Of a DNA stretch of 64,000 bases, positions 62,957 through 64,000 are shown piece after piece. Within the stretch, counting starts at the first letter, position 1, and each line of letters starts with the position of its first letter. This DNA is from Methanobacteriota archaeon (GTDB lineage Archaea; Halobacteriota; Bog-38; Methanoflorentales; Methanoflorentaceae): positions 320,001 to 384,000 of the forward strand of contig CAVRAO010000008.1 of assembly GCA_963719035.1 (NCBI GenBank). The letters are read 5' to 3'. The notes beneath the pieces were generated by a model, which worked only from the letters and a program-made list of their open reading frames with translations, made no database searches and was not told the origin of the DNA. Position numbers and translations under genes: made by a program.

Positions 62957-63946
62957 ATGCCGATGACACCTTTTGCTATCATGTCCCTGGTATCAAAATT
63001 CCAGGAATCGAGAATATTCCTGACAGCTGCCGAAATGGATGTCTTTTCGCTGCTGGCAAAAAAACCGATGTCGGCCCAGGAAATAGCGGATACATTAGAA
63101 GCTACTGTGCGGGGCGTCACCATATTGCTTGATGCTGTCGTGAGCATGGGGTTACTCGAGAAAAAGGAAGAGAAGTACCATTGTCCGGCCGACGTAGCCT
63201 CCATAATGTCAAAGGAGTCACCAACTTCGATAATGCCCATGATCTTGGTGGCTACGGGAGGATGGAAAAGGTGGTCGTATTTGACGGATATTGTGCGCCT
63301 TGGAAAAGACAGGATCAGAGGAACAGCGTTTGACTTCAATGAAAGCGAACAGGAGGCTTTTACCGGTGCCATGCATGCCATCGCCAATGAGCTGGCTCCC
63401 CGGATAGTGGCCGCCATAAAACCAGGCGTGGCTAGGAAACTACTCGACATCGGCGGTGGTTCCGGCGCATATACACAAGCCTTTCTCGAAGCCTCGCCCG
63501 GCCTGACCGCCACAATCTTTGATCTGCCGCTGGTCATTAACACGGCCCAACGGCGTCTGGCCACTACAGGTCTGCTCGACCGAATCCAATTTATTGCCGG
63601 TGATTTTTATAAGGATAAACTTCCAACAGGACACGATTTGGCATTGCTTTCGGCTATTATTCATCAAAACAGCCCGGAAAAAAATGTTGAACTGTACCGG
63701 AAGATATTCAGGGCCCTTCAGCCAGAAGGACGACTGGTTATCCGTGACCATATAATGAGTTCGGATCACACCCAGCCGACCAGTGGGGCCCTTTTTGCCG
63801 TGAATATGCTTGTTGGCACTGCAGGAGGCCGGACCTATTCTTTTGAAGAAATTAAGTCATCACTCGAATCGGCTGGTTTTATCAAGGTCAATCTGATACA
63901 GCCTGATGAACGAATGACGGGGTTGGTGGAGGGGTTTAAACCTTAA
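62957..63946 (+). CDS. SAM-dependent O-methyltransferase with dimerisation domain (Methyltransf_2)
   Basis: N-terminal winged helix, LLDIGGGSG, IFDLP, AGDFY, ALQPEGRLVIRD. Confidence 0.88.
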   Translation: MPMTPFAIMSLVSKFQESRIFLTAAEMDVFSLLAKKPMSAQEIADTLEATVRGVTILLDAVVSMGLLEKKEEKYHCPADVASIMSKESPTSIMPMILVATGGWKRWSYLTDIVRLGKDRIRGTAFDFNESEQEAFTGAMHAIANELAPRIVAAIKPGVARKLLDIGGGSGAYTQAFLEASPGLTATIFDLPLVINTAQRRLATTGLLDRIQFIAGDFYKDKLPTGHDLALLSAIIHQNSPEKNVELYRKIFRALQPEGRLVIRDHIMSSDHTQPTSGALFAVNMLVGTAGGRTYSFEEIKSSLESAGFIKVNLIQPDERMTGLVEGFKP

Positions 63947-64000
63947 TAGGGATCACAACTTGCAGGTTTGCCCACTCGAATGTATCAAACCGGACAAGAA

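Overview
Archaeal genome segment from a methanogen-like Halobacteriota lineage. The taxonomic call is an inference from mch, archaeal dnaG, dacZ, PolB and an intron-containing tRNA. Bases 1-21.4 kb are dense core genome: glmM, acyltransferase, DUF1405, tRNA-Leu(TAG) with a BHB intron, dacZ, EndoQ, all-alpha dUTPase, AI-2E transporter, a core-MetE-like protein lacking its Zn cysteines, mch, GTPBP1-like GTPase, rimI, dnaG, moaA, Nif3, hisH and a family B DNA polymerase split into two adjacent genes just after motif C. Bases 21.5-64 kb are a patchy accessory region. It holds a triplicated OFA-type MFS locus, a repeat-rich and AT-rich non-coding block followed by decayed HTH, Zn-finger and Sel1 genes, an ADP-ribosyltransferase-like chimera and large secreted Ig-like or repeat proteins. 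It also holds ion-homeostasis genes (VIT1 x2, TMEM175, P-type ATPase) and an oxidative-stress cluster (cupredoxin, katG behind a truncated monofunctional catalase, glutathione peroxidase, MsrAB), followed by an arylsulfatase and an O-methyltransferase. Several single-base frameshifts lie in homopolymers and may be assembly errors. No CRISPR array, rRNA, integrase or transposase was seen. All protein calls come from recalled motifs, not database searches.
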